From: Octopus sinensis | Taxonomy: Eukaryota | Direction: 5' to 3' | Assembly: GCF_006345805.1 (NCBI RefSeq) | Contig: NC_043025.1 | Location: 4,960,001-5,024,000 of the forward strand | Length of the DNA stretch: 64,000 bases | Shown here: positions 49,885 through 64,000 of the stretch, piece after piece | Position numbering within the stretch: the first letter of the stretch is position 1 | Layout of the letters: each line of letters starts with the position of its first letter | The notes under the pieces: generated by a model | Told to the model about the DNA's origin: nothing | Database searches by the model: none | What the model saw: only the letters and a program-made list of their open reading frames with translations | Made by a program: the position numbers and the translations under genes

Positions 49885-52800
49885 TTAATAATAATAATAA
49901 TAATAATGATAATACTGAGATTCGTTTATTTACTCATTACTAAAGGGAGAGGGTCTAGTACAAAATATTTAGTCACTAGAATTTTTATTAGAAAGGGATG
50001 GTCATGGCATTTGTCTGATCTGAGAATATCTATTCTATGGAATTTGTTTGTTTTTTTTTCTATAAAGACAGAAAACTTTGAAACTGGAAATTGTGGGTGA
50101 TCCACTCAAGAAATTTCACATTTTGGAATCAGAAGAGAGTACATGCTTCCAGGTATGAAAAGGAAACAATAGTTGGAACTCACTACTATCGGCATTGGTC
50201 ACCAATTGCAATAAATAATAATAATAATAGTTTCAAATGTTGGCACAAGGCCCAGCAATTTTGAGGGAAGGGGTAAGCCAAATTACATCTACCCCAGTAT
50301 GCAACTGGTACTTATTTTATCGACCCCCCCCCCAAAGGGGATGAAAAGGCAAAGTTGACCTCAGCGGAATTTGAACTCAGAACGTAAAGACGGACGAAAT
50401 GCCGCTGAGCACTCTTGTCCAATGTGCTAACGGTTCTGCCAGCTCACCGCAATAAAAATAATAACACTTTCTACTACAGGGACAAAGCCTGAAATTTTGA
50501 GGGGAGGGGGAGCTAGCTGATTACGGAATCCCCCAAATAAGAGGAATATTTTAAGCAGTCTGAAAGTGAAAGTGCCTCAGGAAAATCAAGGGAGACAATT
50601 CTGTTAGGCATTCGCTAATGTCTGTGGTGACAGATATTTATTTAAACATTACTTCTTTAGGAGAAGGAAATCACAAAAGCAGATCGAACTTATCACACGT
50701 ACACACGGATCATTTAGCACCACACATGGAAAAAAAAAACACGAAACAATATTTATAACATCACGAAGATTGTCTGATTAAACGAAGATCTCGATTAGAA
50801 AAGGGGCGATAAATTAGAATGATCAGGTAAGTTAGAGTTATCTCCCTTACAGCTGTGAAACGTGTCGAATGTTCTGTGAGTGACTTGAAGTACCTGAGGG
50901 TATATTTATCAGCAAAGGTTGTTTATATGTGTAAAAAGGAAGGAAGGAAGGTGGGAGGGAGGAGGGCAGCTGAACATCGAAGCCGTACAGCGTTTCGATA
51001 TACCAATACACAGCATCGAAAACGAGAGGAAAATGATAGTGTGGTGTGTGTGTAAGACCAAAAACACTACGGAGTATTACAGTAACTAAAGCACTATATA
51101 AGGAGCAGACAGGGAACTATCGTATATATATACTCTTTTTTACTTGTTTCAGTCATTTGACTGCGGCCATGCTGGAGCACCGCCTTTAGTCGAGCAACTC
51201 GACCCCGGGACTTATTCTTTTGTAAGCCCAGTACTTATTCTATCGGTCTCTTTTGCCGAACCGCTAAGTAATGGGGACATAAACACACCAGCATCGGTTG
51301 TCAAGCAATGCTAGGGGGACAAATACAGACACACAAACATATACACACACATATATATATACGTATATACGACGGGCTTCTTTCAGTTTCCGTCTACCAA
51401 ATCCACTCACAAGGCATTGGTCGGCCCGGGGCTATAGCAGAAGACACTTGCCCAAGATGCCACGCAGTGGGACTGAACCCGGAACCATGTGGTTGGTTAG
51501 CAAGCTACTTACCACACAGCCACTCCTGCGCCTATATATAGACTTTTGAAAATATATACCCACACACTCCACCCTCTACCAATAAACAAAGAGAAATATA
51601 AAACGAAGAACTAATGGACCCATACAATTAACATTTTAGAGGAGGAATTTTAACACAGATTAAGAAATTATTATTATTTTTGTCTGGGGTGACACAAAAT
51701 ACTGCTGGGAAGTAAAAGAAAAACTAAAATAAACAACAGTCGATTCTTGTGAATATTCTCCTTTGCTCCCTGATAATAATAATAATAATCCTTTCTACTA
51801 ATGGCACAAGGCCTGAAATTTTGTGGGAGGGGGGCAAATTGATTACATTAACCCCAGTGTTTCACTAGTACTTATTTTACTGACCCTGAAAGGATGAAAG
51901 GCAAAGTCCACCCCGGCAGAATTTACCAGTGTGCTACCTTAAATAATAGTAATAATGATGATGATGATAATAATAATTATTATTTGATCATTTAAATGCT
52001 TATTGACTATGTTGTAATACGTAATACTATAAGAACCAGTTTCGTGGACAAATATAAAAAGCAGTGATCCAGCATGACCGTAGCCCTGGTGATGAAGATA
52101 AAGCTAAAGAATTTTATGTGGTAAGCTATGTTGAATGTCTCAACTTCACACACAGACACACACACATATAGGGCAGATATATGAAGCATACATACCTATA
52201 TACACACTTCAATATAGCGAGACTGTCTCAGGAACAACAAAGAACATGCATATATTACAGAAGACGTGAACATTATAGCAAAAAACAACACAAAAACAAG
52301 AGAAACAGCAAAACCTTAAGCATCATATATATAATATAATATATTATATATATATATAATATATATACATATATATTATATATATCATATAATATATATA
52401 CATATATATTATATATATAATATATATTATATATATCATATAAATATATAAATAATATATATTATATATATATATTATATATTACAGCCTTTCACTATTT
52501 CTGCTCTCCTTCCTCTGCGATCATTTGTTACTCTATCTCTCTCTCTCTCTCTTTCTTTCTCTCTTTTTCCTCCCCCACCTCCCCTCCATTCAATCTCTAT
52601 AGCTTGCAGAGGTATGGATATGGGACGAGGAGGGTAGCGGAGAGAGAAGAGGGGGGGACAAAGAGAGAGAGAGAAGAAGAAGAAGAAGAAAAAAAAAGAA
52701 AGAAAAGAAGATAGAAAGCAAGAAGAAAACAAATCCATAGAATGAATTTCAAAAATGACTAAAGAGTTTTTTTTTTTTTTTTTGGTAACACTGATTTGAA

Positions 52801-54059
52801 ATTTTCCTTCTTTTTAACCTTTTTTAAATTCGAAGATAGACACACTATTTTGTGCAATAAAAAAAATTTTCGTGTATACACACAATATATATATACATAC
52901 ATATATAATAATATATATGTATATATATATAATAAATTATATATAATATATATATATATATATATTATATATATACACACACACACGCACGCGGGCACAT
53001 ATGTATATACATACATACATACATATATGTGTATATATATAGACATACACACATATTTTATAAGCAAGCATAGAAAAAGAGACAATATTAATTTGGAAAA
53101 AAAAAAAAAAAAAAAAAAAAAAAGAAAAGAGAGAGAGACCAGTTTTAAAATGTAGAGCAAACATATAAAAATATATATACATAGCAAGTCTGTTTATAGA
53201 GAGATTCTGATAGTGTATATAGTAATGGATGTATATTTTTCTTTTCTTTTTTTTGTTTTTTTCCTTTTCAATTTTTGCAGTTCATTTATTACATTATCTT
53301 GCGTGTATATGCATGGAGGGGTGTCGATTCAAATCTTTTGTTGCCTTGAAAACAAATTATATTTAGTTAATTAGTGACTTAATATATATATATATATATA
53401 TTTTCATTGATATATACATACATACATATATATATATATATGCATATATACACATTATTATTATTATTATTATTATATTTTATGCAGATATTTTAAATTC
53501 AACTGTCTTTTTTCTCCCCAAAATTTTTTTTACCCAACCCTCTAAAAAAAATATCATTTCATTAAGTCATTTTAATATTTGCTTGTCTGTCTTTGTATAT
53601 TTTTTTTTTGTCATTTTTTTTTTTCTCAAACACCCAAAACTGCTTTTATTTTTTTTTTTTAGAATTTTGTTTCGTTTTTATTTTCTTTTTTTAAATTTTA
53701 AAATCGATTAAAACATTGAATAAAAAAAATTTTTTTTCCTTGGCAAAGGAGTTTATCGTGGGGGGTCGGGGGGTGGAGGAAGGGGGAGGGGGGAAATGGC
53801 CCCCGATTTTTTTAAAAAAATGTTTTTTATAAAGGAAATATTTTTAAACCTTTTTTTTTTTCTTTTCTTAAATGGCAAGAGCGGATGAAGAAGAAAGATA
53901 CATCAAAAACAAAAAAAAAAACAAAACAAACAAACAACACCATATTCCAAAGAGAGTACACCATGATATGTATGTATATTAGTGTGTATATATTTTACTG
54001 TTGAAAGTATGCACATGAAGTCAGTGGATGCAAAAATGTGTGTGGGTGAGTGTGTGTGT

Positions 54060-54720
54060 GTATACATACATATATATATATATAATGATACATATATATA
54101 TATATAATGATACATATATATATTATAATATAATGATACATATATATATATATATATATATAATGATACATATATAATATATATATATATATAATGATAC
54201 ATAGATATATTATATATTATATATATAATATATATATATATATATAAATGATACATATATATATATATATATCATGATACATATATATATATATATATAT
54301 ATAATGATACATATATATTATATATAATGATACATATTATATATATATAATGATACATATATATATATATAATGATACATTATATATAATATATATAATG
54401 ATACATATATATATATATAATGATACCTAATATATATATATATAATGATACATATATACTATATTATAATATTATTATGTACATATATATATATATATAA
54501 TAATGATACATATATATATAATATATATAATGGCACATATATATATATATATATAATATAATTATATATATATAATATATATATATATAATGATACATAT
54601 ATAAAATGATTACATATATATATATAATGATACATATATATATATATAAAATGATACATTATATATATATATAAAATGATATATATATATACACACATAT
54701 ACAATGATACATAAGTATAT
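54060..54720. repeat. Minisatellite of (TA)n-atgatacat units
   Basis: atgatac recurs every ~15-30 bp within (TA)n. Confidence 0.8.
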
Positions 54721-54846
54721 ATATGTATATGTGATACATGCAACATACATATGTATATATAATAAATATACAACACATACACACGTGTGTGCATATGTAT
54801 AAATACAAGTGTGTATATGTATATGGTTCTCAGAAACAACAAAGAA

Positions 54847-54885
<39 letters not shown>

Positions 54886-55497
54886 TGATGATGTTAATTT
54901 TTTTTTCCTGAGGCGTGTATGCCTGACACATTGAAAAAAAAAAAGCAAAAAAAAAACACTTAGTATGAAGAGAAATGTGATGTTTGGTTGCAATGCCTTT
55001 CCCATTGGTGGTGGTGGTCATGGGAGTGGAGGAGAGGATTAAGTGCCTTTCTTAAGAGACTGACTTTACATAGAAGAGTCACAGTCGGTCCGTGAAGGAC
55101 GTGCAACAGCTGCTATGATGATGATGATGATGATAATAATAATACTAATGATAGTGGTTGAGGCCAGCAATTCTGAAGGGTGAGGGTTAGTCAATTGCAT
55201 TGACCCCAGTTGTTAGCTGGTACTTTATTTTATCGATCCTGGATATGATGAAAGGCAAAGTTGACCTCGGCAGGATTTCAATTCATAATAATAATAATAA
55301 TGATGCTGATGATGATGATGATGATGATTTCTGAGTTAGGCGCAAAGCCAGCAGTTTTGAGGGAAGGGAGTTGGTGAATAGTATGAACCCCAGTTCTTGA
55401 CCCGGGGGGGGGGGGAAATATAATTCCTTGACCCCCCTCCACAAAGGGATGAAAGGCAAAGTTAACCTCGGCAGGATTAGAAGATTAAAAGATTGGA

Positions 55498-55528
<31 letters not shown>

Positions 55529-55872
55529 TTAATGACGATGATGTGGCAGATGCGAGAATTAATGCAGCAATTGCCCAACGAAAAAAAATGTGAATAAAAA
55601 CTCCCCTGGATATGTAGCAATAATGAAAAACTTATACTCACAACCACACATATACACAATGACACCTGTAAAGAAACATATTTTTGAATATTTAAACATT
55701 TCATGCACGCAAACATATACGGACACGTTCTCACACACATATATATATATATACATACGCACCAGGCATATTACAGACATGCTCATAATATATAATATAT
55801 AGATATATATATATATAATATATATATATATATATAATATATATAGATATAGGTGTGTGTGTGTGTGTGTGG

Positions 55873-56105
55873 TGTGGAGGCGCAATGGCCCAGTGGTTAG
55901 GGCAGCGGACTCGCGGCCGTAGGATCGTGGTTTCGATTCCCAGACCAGGCGTTGTGAGTGTTTATTGAGCGAAAACACCTAAAGCTCCACGAGGCTCCGG
56001 CAGGGGGTGGTGGCGATCCCTGCTGTATTAAGAAATAAATGGCGGTGCCCCAGCATGGCCACAGCTCGTGAGCTGAAACTAGAATCAATCAATCAATCAA
56101 TCAAT
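55873..56105 (+). mobile_element. SINE family C head joined to the CR1/L2-type LINE 3' tail
   Basis: Head as at 13456. After ccctgctgta it switches to ggcggtgccccagcatggccacagctcgtgagctgaaactag(aatc)n, matching the LINE end at 25420-25465. Confidence 0.75.
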
Positions 56106-58836
56106 CATATATACACACACATATGGATGTTAGCTGAAAGTAAGCAGGGCATTATACACACAGCAGTAGATATCTTTATACACTCATAATATATATATAT
56201 ATATGTGTATATATACCTCACACACAGCAGTACACGTCAGGATAATGACCTCTTGTTCAATGGAGACATAAATCAGACAAGAAGTACACAGTTTTTTTCA
56301 TACAGGTGAAGCAGGGGGAGAGTGTGTGATGACTGACCATGGAGGTGTGGTGGGGTGGGGGTCTGATTGTGTGTGGGTGGGTGACAGGGGATGAAGTGAG
56401 AAAGCTCTTCGACTGATTGCCCAAAGTACCCATAGCACCCGAGTAAGAAAGAGCAAAGGAAAACGTATTCAGAAACGAGAGTGCGTCAGCGTCAGCAGAT
56501 ATTCTTGAGGACAAACAGACAGACACGCACGCACGCATACGCTGAAACTAAGAACCTCAAACTGACAGCACGCAATAGAAAATATCTGACCTCGATACCG
56601 ACACACAAAGCATTCATAAACAGGATCAAAATGCCAAATACAATGACACAATGACAGATCGGTTGCTCAACACCACCCTAATACACACATACATATACAC
56701 ATACATATATATATATATATATATTCATAAACAAATATGGATTAGAATGGGGGATTATCAAGCTAGGTAAAATACTTCATAAGCTCTCTGATGATACAAA
56801 TGTACAAGACTAATAAAACATTTTCAGATTCGTACGGAACTAGATAATCCAATGGCAAGATTTAAAATCAAAGTCCATCACCGGTCAACTTTGTAAATCC
56901 ATGATTGCATTACCCAGTTAATCTGGGCTTTTTTCGCAGGGTGATATACTAGAAAAAGCTTTCACAATGGGCTTTACATAAAGAAATACGTAATGCCCCT
57001 TGTTTATACCTTTTCTCAAGTATAACTAAAGAAATGACAAAGGTACAAACGTCCGTTACACAACTTCTTGTCCTTTTTGTCATTAATCTGATTTTATATT
57101 TATACTCTGTACTCAGCAAATGCTTCATTCTGAAGCGTGTGTCGATCTAGTTCCAGCAGCAGGTTATTAGGATTGCTAAGCACCCTGTACACAGTGTAAA
57201 GAAAGTGTAGCAAAGAAGGGCGTCCAGCAAAGGAACCACACCAAGTGGAACACAAAGCAGTCCTAGGCCCATTGGATCTCATCCGACTGACTTATGCCGG
57301 CAGAGGATATGGATATTAAATGATGACGATGACGGATATATTATATATAGATATGCCTACCATCAACAATATTATATATATATATACATACACACACACA
57401 TATAATAGTTGGTATTAACATCTTATGTAGTTAAGCAACTAGTTGAGATTAGCAATTATATGGATGTCCATAAATTCTAACGAGGAAAATTGAGTTGTAC
57501 AATCAACAGAGTTACCTGCCCATGGAATTATCTATGTGGCTGAATACTCCACAGAAGGAGCCAGGTATGATATACGTGACGAGCTTCCACACAGTTTCCG
57601 TCTACCTGATTCTGCTCATCAGGTTTGCCACTATCTTAAAAGGAAATTTTCCAAGAGATGCTGTGCAGTGGGATTGAACACATGGCCTTGTGGTTAGAAA
57701 GCCTTCAGCGATGCAGTGCTTACACTACCACACACACATATATATAATGGGTATATCTAATATATATATTTCTTTACTACCCACAAGGGGCTAAACACAG
57801 AGGGGACAAACAAGGACAGACAAACGGATTAAATCGATTACATCGACCCCAGTGCATAACTGGTACTTAATATATAGGGAACTGGAAACAACTTAGCGAT
57901 GCAAGCGCAGTCATTCAGATACTCTGCAGACCGGGTGACCAATAAGCTTCAGGAGGTCATCAAAAGAGAATGCACACCATTCCGGGACCTACATATCTTT
58001 TCTCTTTTACTTGTTTCAGTCATTTGACTGCGGCCATGCTGGAGCACCGCCTTTAATCGAGCAACTCGACCCCGGGACTTATACTTTTGTAAGTCCTGTA
58101 CTTAATCTATCGGTCTCTTTTGCCGAACTGCTAAGTTTACTCTTTTACTTGTTTCAGTCATTTGACTGCGGCCATGCTGGAGCACCGCCTTTAGTCGAGC
58201 AACTCGACCCCGGGACTTATTCTTTTGTAAGCCCAGTACTTATTCAATCGGTCTCTTTTGCCGAACCGTTAAGTGACGGGGACGTAAACACACCAGCATC
58301 GGTTGTCAAGCAATGCTAGGGGGACAAACACAGACACACAAACGCATATATATATATATACGACAGGCTTCTTTCAGTTTCTGTCTACCAAATCCACTCA
58401 CAAGGCATTGGTCGGCCCGAGGCTATAGTAGAAGACACTTGCCCAAGGTGCCACGCAGTGGGACTGAACCCGGAACCATGTGGTTGGTAAACAAGCCACT
58501 TACCACACAGCCACTCCTGCGCCTATATATATAATCTCCAGGATGGTGGATTAGTGGAGATATTAAGAGTGTGGTTGAATGCTGCCTTGCTGTAATCTGT
58601 GCTGCGTGTTTGACTGTTGGTCAGCAATGCAGGTGGCCGTACTGGGGACAGAGTGTATTAGCCCTTGGCTTGCTCTCCTCTTGGACAACATCAGTGGAAC
58701 ACAGACGGAGATTTGCTAGCAAGGTCATTTGCTGGCCATCCACAAAGTACACCTTGCCCAGGCCCATACTCACAGGTGCAAGTACAGTCAACCATGATTG
58801 ATAAGGACCTTAAATCTATGTATGTACGTATGTGTG

Positions 58837-58873
<37 letters not shown>

Positions 58874-58944
58874 ACTGTCAACAAATGGAAATAAACAGCT
58901 ATTCTCACACTTTGTTCCTTTCATTTATGTATGTATGTATGTAT

Positions 58945-59248
58945 GTGGAGGCGCAATGGCCCAGTGGTTAGGGCAGCGGACTCGTGGCTGTAGGATCGCT
59001 GTTTCGATTCCCAGATCGGGCATTACGGGTGTTTATTAAGGGAAAACACCTAAAAGCTCCACGAGGCTCCAGCAAGGGGTGATGGCGATCCCTGCTGTAC
59101 TCTTTTGCCAGAACTTTCTCTCACTCTTTCTTCTGTTGGCCTGCTCGCTTAGCCAGCAGGGTGGCATCATTCGAAGGCTAAAACAATTCGAAGCGCATTG
59201 TGACCAGTGAAGTGCAGCAACATCTGATGGTCTGGTCAGTCACGGTGA
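58945..59248 (+). mobile_element. SINE family C head with a third type of 3' body
   Basis: Same head through ctttctctcactctt, then ggcctgctcgcttagccagc...ggtctggtcagtcacggtgat. Confidence 0.72.
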
Positions 59249-61715
59249 TGTATGTACATTATATGTACATACATACATAATATACATAAGTATGTATATT
59301 ATATATTTGATGAAAGATTTTGACGAAAGAGTTTCTTAAAATTTAGACAGAATCTCAGCAGGGCAAAATCACACAAAATTTTTCGAATGAGGTTCTTGCA
59401 TTTGTGTGGAAGCACTTTTTTCTCAAACACACCTTCGTTGGAAAGTTTCAAGAACAAATGCGCTTGCATGCAAAAAAACTTCATCCAAAACGGTTTCAAT
59501 CATTTTGTTTCGCTAAGGTTTTGGTTTTCAAAATAGTCAATAACTTTTAAGAAAATTATTCTACAAATAGTGTATGTAGCTACATCCTGCATCCTGCTTT
59601 ATATATGTACATGAATATGTGTGTGTGTGTTGGGGGCATTTTATCTGAGGCTGAAGTGTTATAGATCCAGTGGCCTGAAGTTCAAATCTTGTCTTCAGCA
59701 CAACATCATCTGCATCCAATGACTTAAATTTGTAAGTGGCTGGCTCAGTCCACATAGCTGTAAATACGGATCAATGTGGTGGAAATCACTGCTTCAAAAG
59801 TACAGCCAGAGATATTTTTGTAAAATGAAATAACTCTTTACTTGTTTCAGTCATTTGACTGCGGCCATGCTGGAGCACCGCCTTTAATCGAGCAGATCGA
59901 CCCCGGGACTTATTCTTTTGTAAGCCCAGTACTTATTCTATCGGTCTCTTTTGCCGAACCGCTAAGTAACGGGGACATAAACACACCAGCATCGGTTGTC
60001 AAACAATGCTAGGGGGACAAACACAGACACACAAACACACACATGCTTATATATATATACATATATACGACGGTCTTCTTTCAGTTTCCGTCTACCAAAT
60101 CCACTCACAAGGCTTTGGTCAGCCCGAGGCTATAGTAGAAGACACTTGCCTAAGGTGCCACGCAGTGGGACTGAACCCGGAACCATGTGGTTGGTAAACA
60201 AGCTACTTACCACACAGCCACTCCTGCGCCTGTGGTTATATTTAATTTTTTTTTTTTGTTTGGTTTTAGTTAAGTTTAACTATGTTTCATGGAAGTAGCT
60301 GTAACAGAGGCCCTGCCTGCCGGATTCGGTTTAAGACTACCTGTACTACACAAAGATGTAAGATTCCAGGTGTGTCTAGAGTTTTTAAGGACATGACACC
60401 AAAAGGGTTCATCACCTGATTTTTGTCCCTGTTTAAATTTGAATTTTTCTTTTTTTTTTTTAAATGAGAGACTCGATCAAAGGGTCCCATTCATTCATAC
60501 AGCACCAAGGGATGGAAGGCTGGAAGGAAGATGAGAGAGAGAGAGAGGAGGAAGGAATAAAAGACAGGAGCCAAGGAGTGGGCAGGCAGAGGATAGGAAC
60601 TCACAGTCCTCTCTGGCCCCTTTCTTCATTTTCCAGGGGGGATATTTGAAATTGCAAAGACAGTGGCTAACGAATATATTTTCTTGGCCTCAAAAACAGC
60701 GTTTGAGGTGTGGACGACGGCGATTAAGATAATGAGCTGATTAATGAAGCAATATTAACAAGGATAAGAGATTGCATAATGAGACAGAGAGTAAAAAAAT
60801 CTATACCCCACCCCTTTACAAACCCCCTTTTTTTTTTTTTTTTTTTTTTTTTAGTTGCTCTGTTAGCAATGGAAGGACTGAGTGAAGAATCTGTAGATGG
60901 ATGTTCTAGAAAAATGATTGTCAGTCGCAGAATTAACGAATTAACGAGCTAAGAGAACAAACAAACAAATAATTAGGCACAAAAGCACAACAAACTAATT
61001 AACAAAACATAACGATAGTAATAATAATAATAATCATGATGATAATAATAAACCAGAAACAAGGAGACTGCCATGCCACCCCAGCTTCATGGGTTAACCT
61101 GCAGCTGTGCCTCCCACCCTGGGGCCTCAAGACTCATACAACAATGAATTGATTGGTGATCGCTCACCCCCACTGCCCTCCCTCCCTTCTTCCCATAGGG
61201 ACACAAGGCAGAACAAAAATCATGAGAGGGAGGGTACTGCTAGTGGGGGGTGGGGTGGGGGTGGATGAAGGGGAGAGAGGGTCGAGATTTTTGATTGTCC
61301 ATCAGAAAAAAAAACAACAGTAGTGTTGGGGGGAGGAGGGGACCTAACCAGTGTGGGTGCTTGATGGGTGGGGTAGGAGGTAATTTTTACACAAAACAGA
61401 TGACAATGTACAGAGATTTATAGCTTTATACATGGACACACACTCATATGTACATATGTAAACACCCTCAGTGTGTATATATACATAATACGTTTGATAG
61501 TACAAACAGGGAAAACAGAACTCAAAACATGACAAAGTGTGTGGGTGTGTGTGTACATATATATATATATATATTCATACATACAATATATACATACATA
61601 AGATGGAGGCAAGTACCAATGTCCCTTGTGAAGCAGGCCTGATAATTGCTAAGATTTCTTTGCATGAAACCAATGGTAGCCTTGTTAACTACAATTAAGT
61701 GTGTGTATATATTTA

Positions 61716-61750
<35 letters not shown>

Positions 61751-62458
61751 GAAATATCCAAACATGCAAGTATGTAAGCACACACACTCACACGCAAAGT
61801 ACAAAGGTGATTTATGGATTTGGTTTGTGTGTGTGTGTGTAAGAGCAGGTGTGAAAATGAGTGAGCATATGATATTGCAAAGAGAGTGAGTTGGGGGTGG
61901 GCGGTGGGGGGGATATCAAGTGAGGGAGTCGGTAAGACGGGCTGGGGTGTGTAGGGGGTAATCCTACCCTTCTATCACCAACCCTTACCAGGGGAGTGTT
62001 AAAAGGAGCCAGGAGTCCTTGCAAAGGTAATTTGTTTGGGCTAAAAAAAAAACGTTTTATTTATATATATATATTCCAGATAAGGTGTTGGAAGGAGTAG
62101 TTTAGGTGGAGCGCGGTGGGGTGGGGAAATGGGGCGAGAGAATCCCCAGCCCTCCCTCCCCTCCACACAATAGAATCTGGCAGCAGATATTATGTAAGAA
62201 TTTTCATTTTGTTGTTTTGTTTGTTTTTTTTCTTTTTACAATAAGGAAATAAGGATGCCTTCCTGGGGCCCCACTCCCAGCAAAGGATACATTCGTTAAA
62301 ACAGGTGAGAACAGAACTATTTAGCAAAAGCCACATGTGCATTTGTGAATGTGTGTACGTATATATAGAAGTATACATGTGTGTGTATATGTACACACAC
62401 ACACATACCTATGTATATACTTACATCGAGATATATATATATTTTTATATATATATAT

Positions 62459-62576
62459 GCTTATGGCCATATCATGTTGAAAGCACCGGTTCTCGTCCGA
62501 TCACCGAAGTTAAGCAACGTCAAGCCTAGTTAGTACTTAGATGGGTGACCGCTTGGGAAACCTAGGTGCTGTAAGC
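62459..62576 (+). rRNA. 5S rRNA full-length copy (118 nt), probably retroposed or pseudogenic
   Basis: gcttatggccatatcatgttgaaagcaccggttctcgtccgatcaccgaagttaagcaacg...gttagtacttagatgggtgaccgcttgggaaacctaggtgctgtaagc. Box A and box C are recognisable and helix I (gcttat/gtaagc) pairs. It is solitary and followed by a retroposon tail. Confidence 0.88.
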
Positions 62577-62829
62577 GTCAAACATTTTACCATCCAACCC
62601 ATACTAGCATGGAAAACAGACATTAAACGATGATATATATATATATGTTGATATATACATACATACATATACTGAATAAAAAAAAAAACTGCGCACTCTA
62701 CCAAAACACGATTTGTATTTGTATTAGAAATAAAAGTAAATATACTAAGGAAACAGACAAATAACACACACACAGGTGCCGAATAATATGGGAACATCGA
62801 TAATATCCTTAAAATTTCATCAAACTAAT

Positions 62830-63900
62830 AATCATAATAATCTTTTCTACTCGTTTGGGGTCAGGGGCTAGTTGACTACATCCACCCTCGACTGGTACTT
62901 ATTTCATCAACACAGAAAGAAAAGAAGGGCAAAGTCCACCTTGGTGGACTTCGAACTCAGAATGTAAAGACAGAAGAAATGTCACCAAGCGTTTTGACTG
63001 GAGCAATTTCGCCAACTCATCTGCTTAATAATAATAATAATCCTTTCTACTATAGGCACAAGGCCTGAAATTTTGGGGCAGTTGATTAGATCGACCCCCA
63101 GTACACAACTGGTACTTAACCTAATGACCCCGAAAGGATGAAAGGCAAGGTTGACCTGGGCAGAGTTTCTTAATAATAATCCTTTCCGCTGGAAGCGCAA
63201 AGCCTTAAATTTTGGGGGAAGGGATTAAGTCGATTACATCGACCCCAGTGCGTAACTGGTACTTAATTGACCCTGGTGGAATTTGAACTCAGAAACATAG
63301 TCACAGACGAAATACCACTTAGCACTTCGCCCGGCGTGCTACTGATTCTGCCAGCTCACTGCCTTAATAATAATAATAATAATGATGATGATGATGATGA
63401 TGGTTTCAACTTTTTAGCACAAGGCCAGCAATTTTAGTGGACACTTTATTTTTATCAACCTCTGATGGGATTTGAACTCAGAACAGAAAGAGTCAGAAGA
63501 AATACTGATCTACTCACAATTCTGCCCACCCAACTAATAATAATAATAATTTTTTGCACTCTAGGCAGAAGGCCAGACATTTTGGAGGACAAGGGCAGTG
63601 GATTACATCGTCCCCCACTCCCTAGTGCTCAGCTGGACCTCTATCTTATTGACCCTGGAGGGACAAATGGCAAAGTTGACCACGGAAGGATTTGAGCTTA
63701 GCATGTAACGGGTTGGAAATGTTGCCGGAGTATTTTGTCCGACATGCTAACAGTCTCTCCCCTTTTCTACTCTTTAGTGGGGGGCAGGGGCTAGTTGACT
63801 ACATCCACCCTCCACTGCTACTTATGTCATTGACCCAGGGAAAAATGAAGGGCAAAGTGCACCTTGGTGGACTTGGAACTCAGGACGTAAATACAGAAAT
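62830..63900 (-). mobile_element. Cluster of old, degenerate SINE family B-related copies separated by (AAT)n
   Basis: Repeated diverged actggtactta..gaccc..gaaaggcaaagtcgacc..ggaatttgaactcag segments. Confidence 0.65.
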
Positions 63901-64000
63901 GCAACTCTCGTGAAGGTGTGGTGCAGGTATTTTGGGAGAGACTCAAAGAATTTGGATTGAGGATCAAAATTTGTTTGATTAAAACATAGTGTGTATAAAT

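Noticed and set aside
56730-57170. Possible degenerate RT fragment (SDDTNV resembling ADDTK)
   Set aside because: Too decayed to support without alignment. The same applies to 58560-58790 (ASKVICWPS...LPRP).

Overview
AT-rich, repeat-dominated animal genomic DNA. The tRNA-derived SINE families look like those I recall from Octopus; this is recognition from memory, not a database result. I cannot support any host protein-coding gene: nearly all ORFs in the track lie in microsatellites, SINEs or a 66-bp satellite. The window holds a young-looking 5.3-kb Merlin (IS1595/ISXO2-like) DNA transposon at 4978-10269 with a 9-bp TSD. Its giant inverted arms contain tandem ~318-bp units copied from the 3' end of its own transposase gene, and it sits among two Merlin-like MITE families. 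Other mobile elements are mariner relics, two solo LTRs, piggyBac- and hAT-type MITEs, two non-autonomous Helitrons, a 5'-truncated CR1/L2-group LINE, a 5'-inverted RTE LINE and many SINEs. There is also a 4.3-kb 66-bp satellite abutting a mariner-type end and a 2.2-kb foldback palindrome centred on two convergent tRNA-like cassettes. A full-length 5S rRNA copy is fused to a retroposon 3' tail. The least expected signal is five Penelope/retrozyme-type type I hammerhead ribozyme motifs within 9 kb (24950-33688), including an inverted pair and a 364-bp terminally redundant unit. Coordinates were counted by hand and may be off by a few bases.
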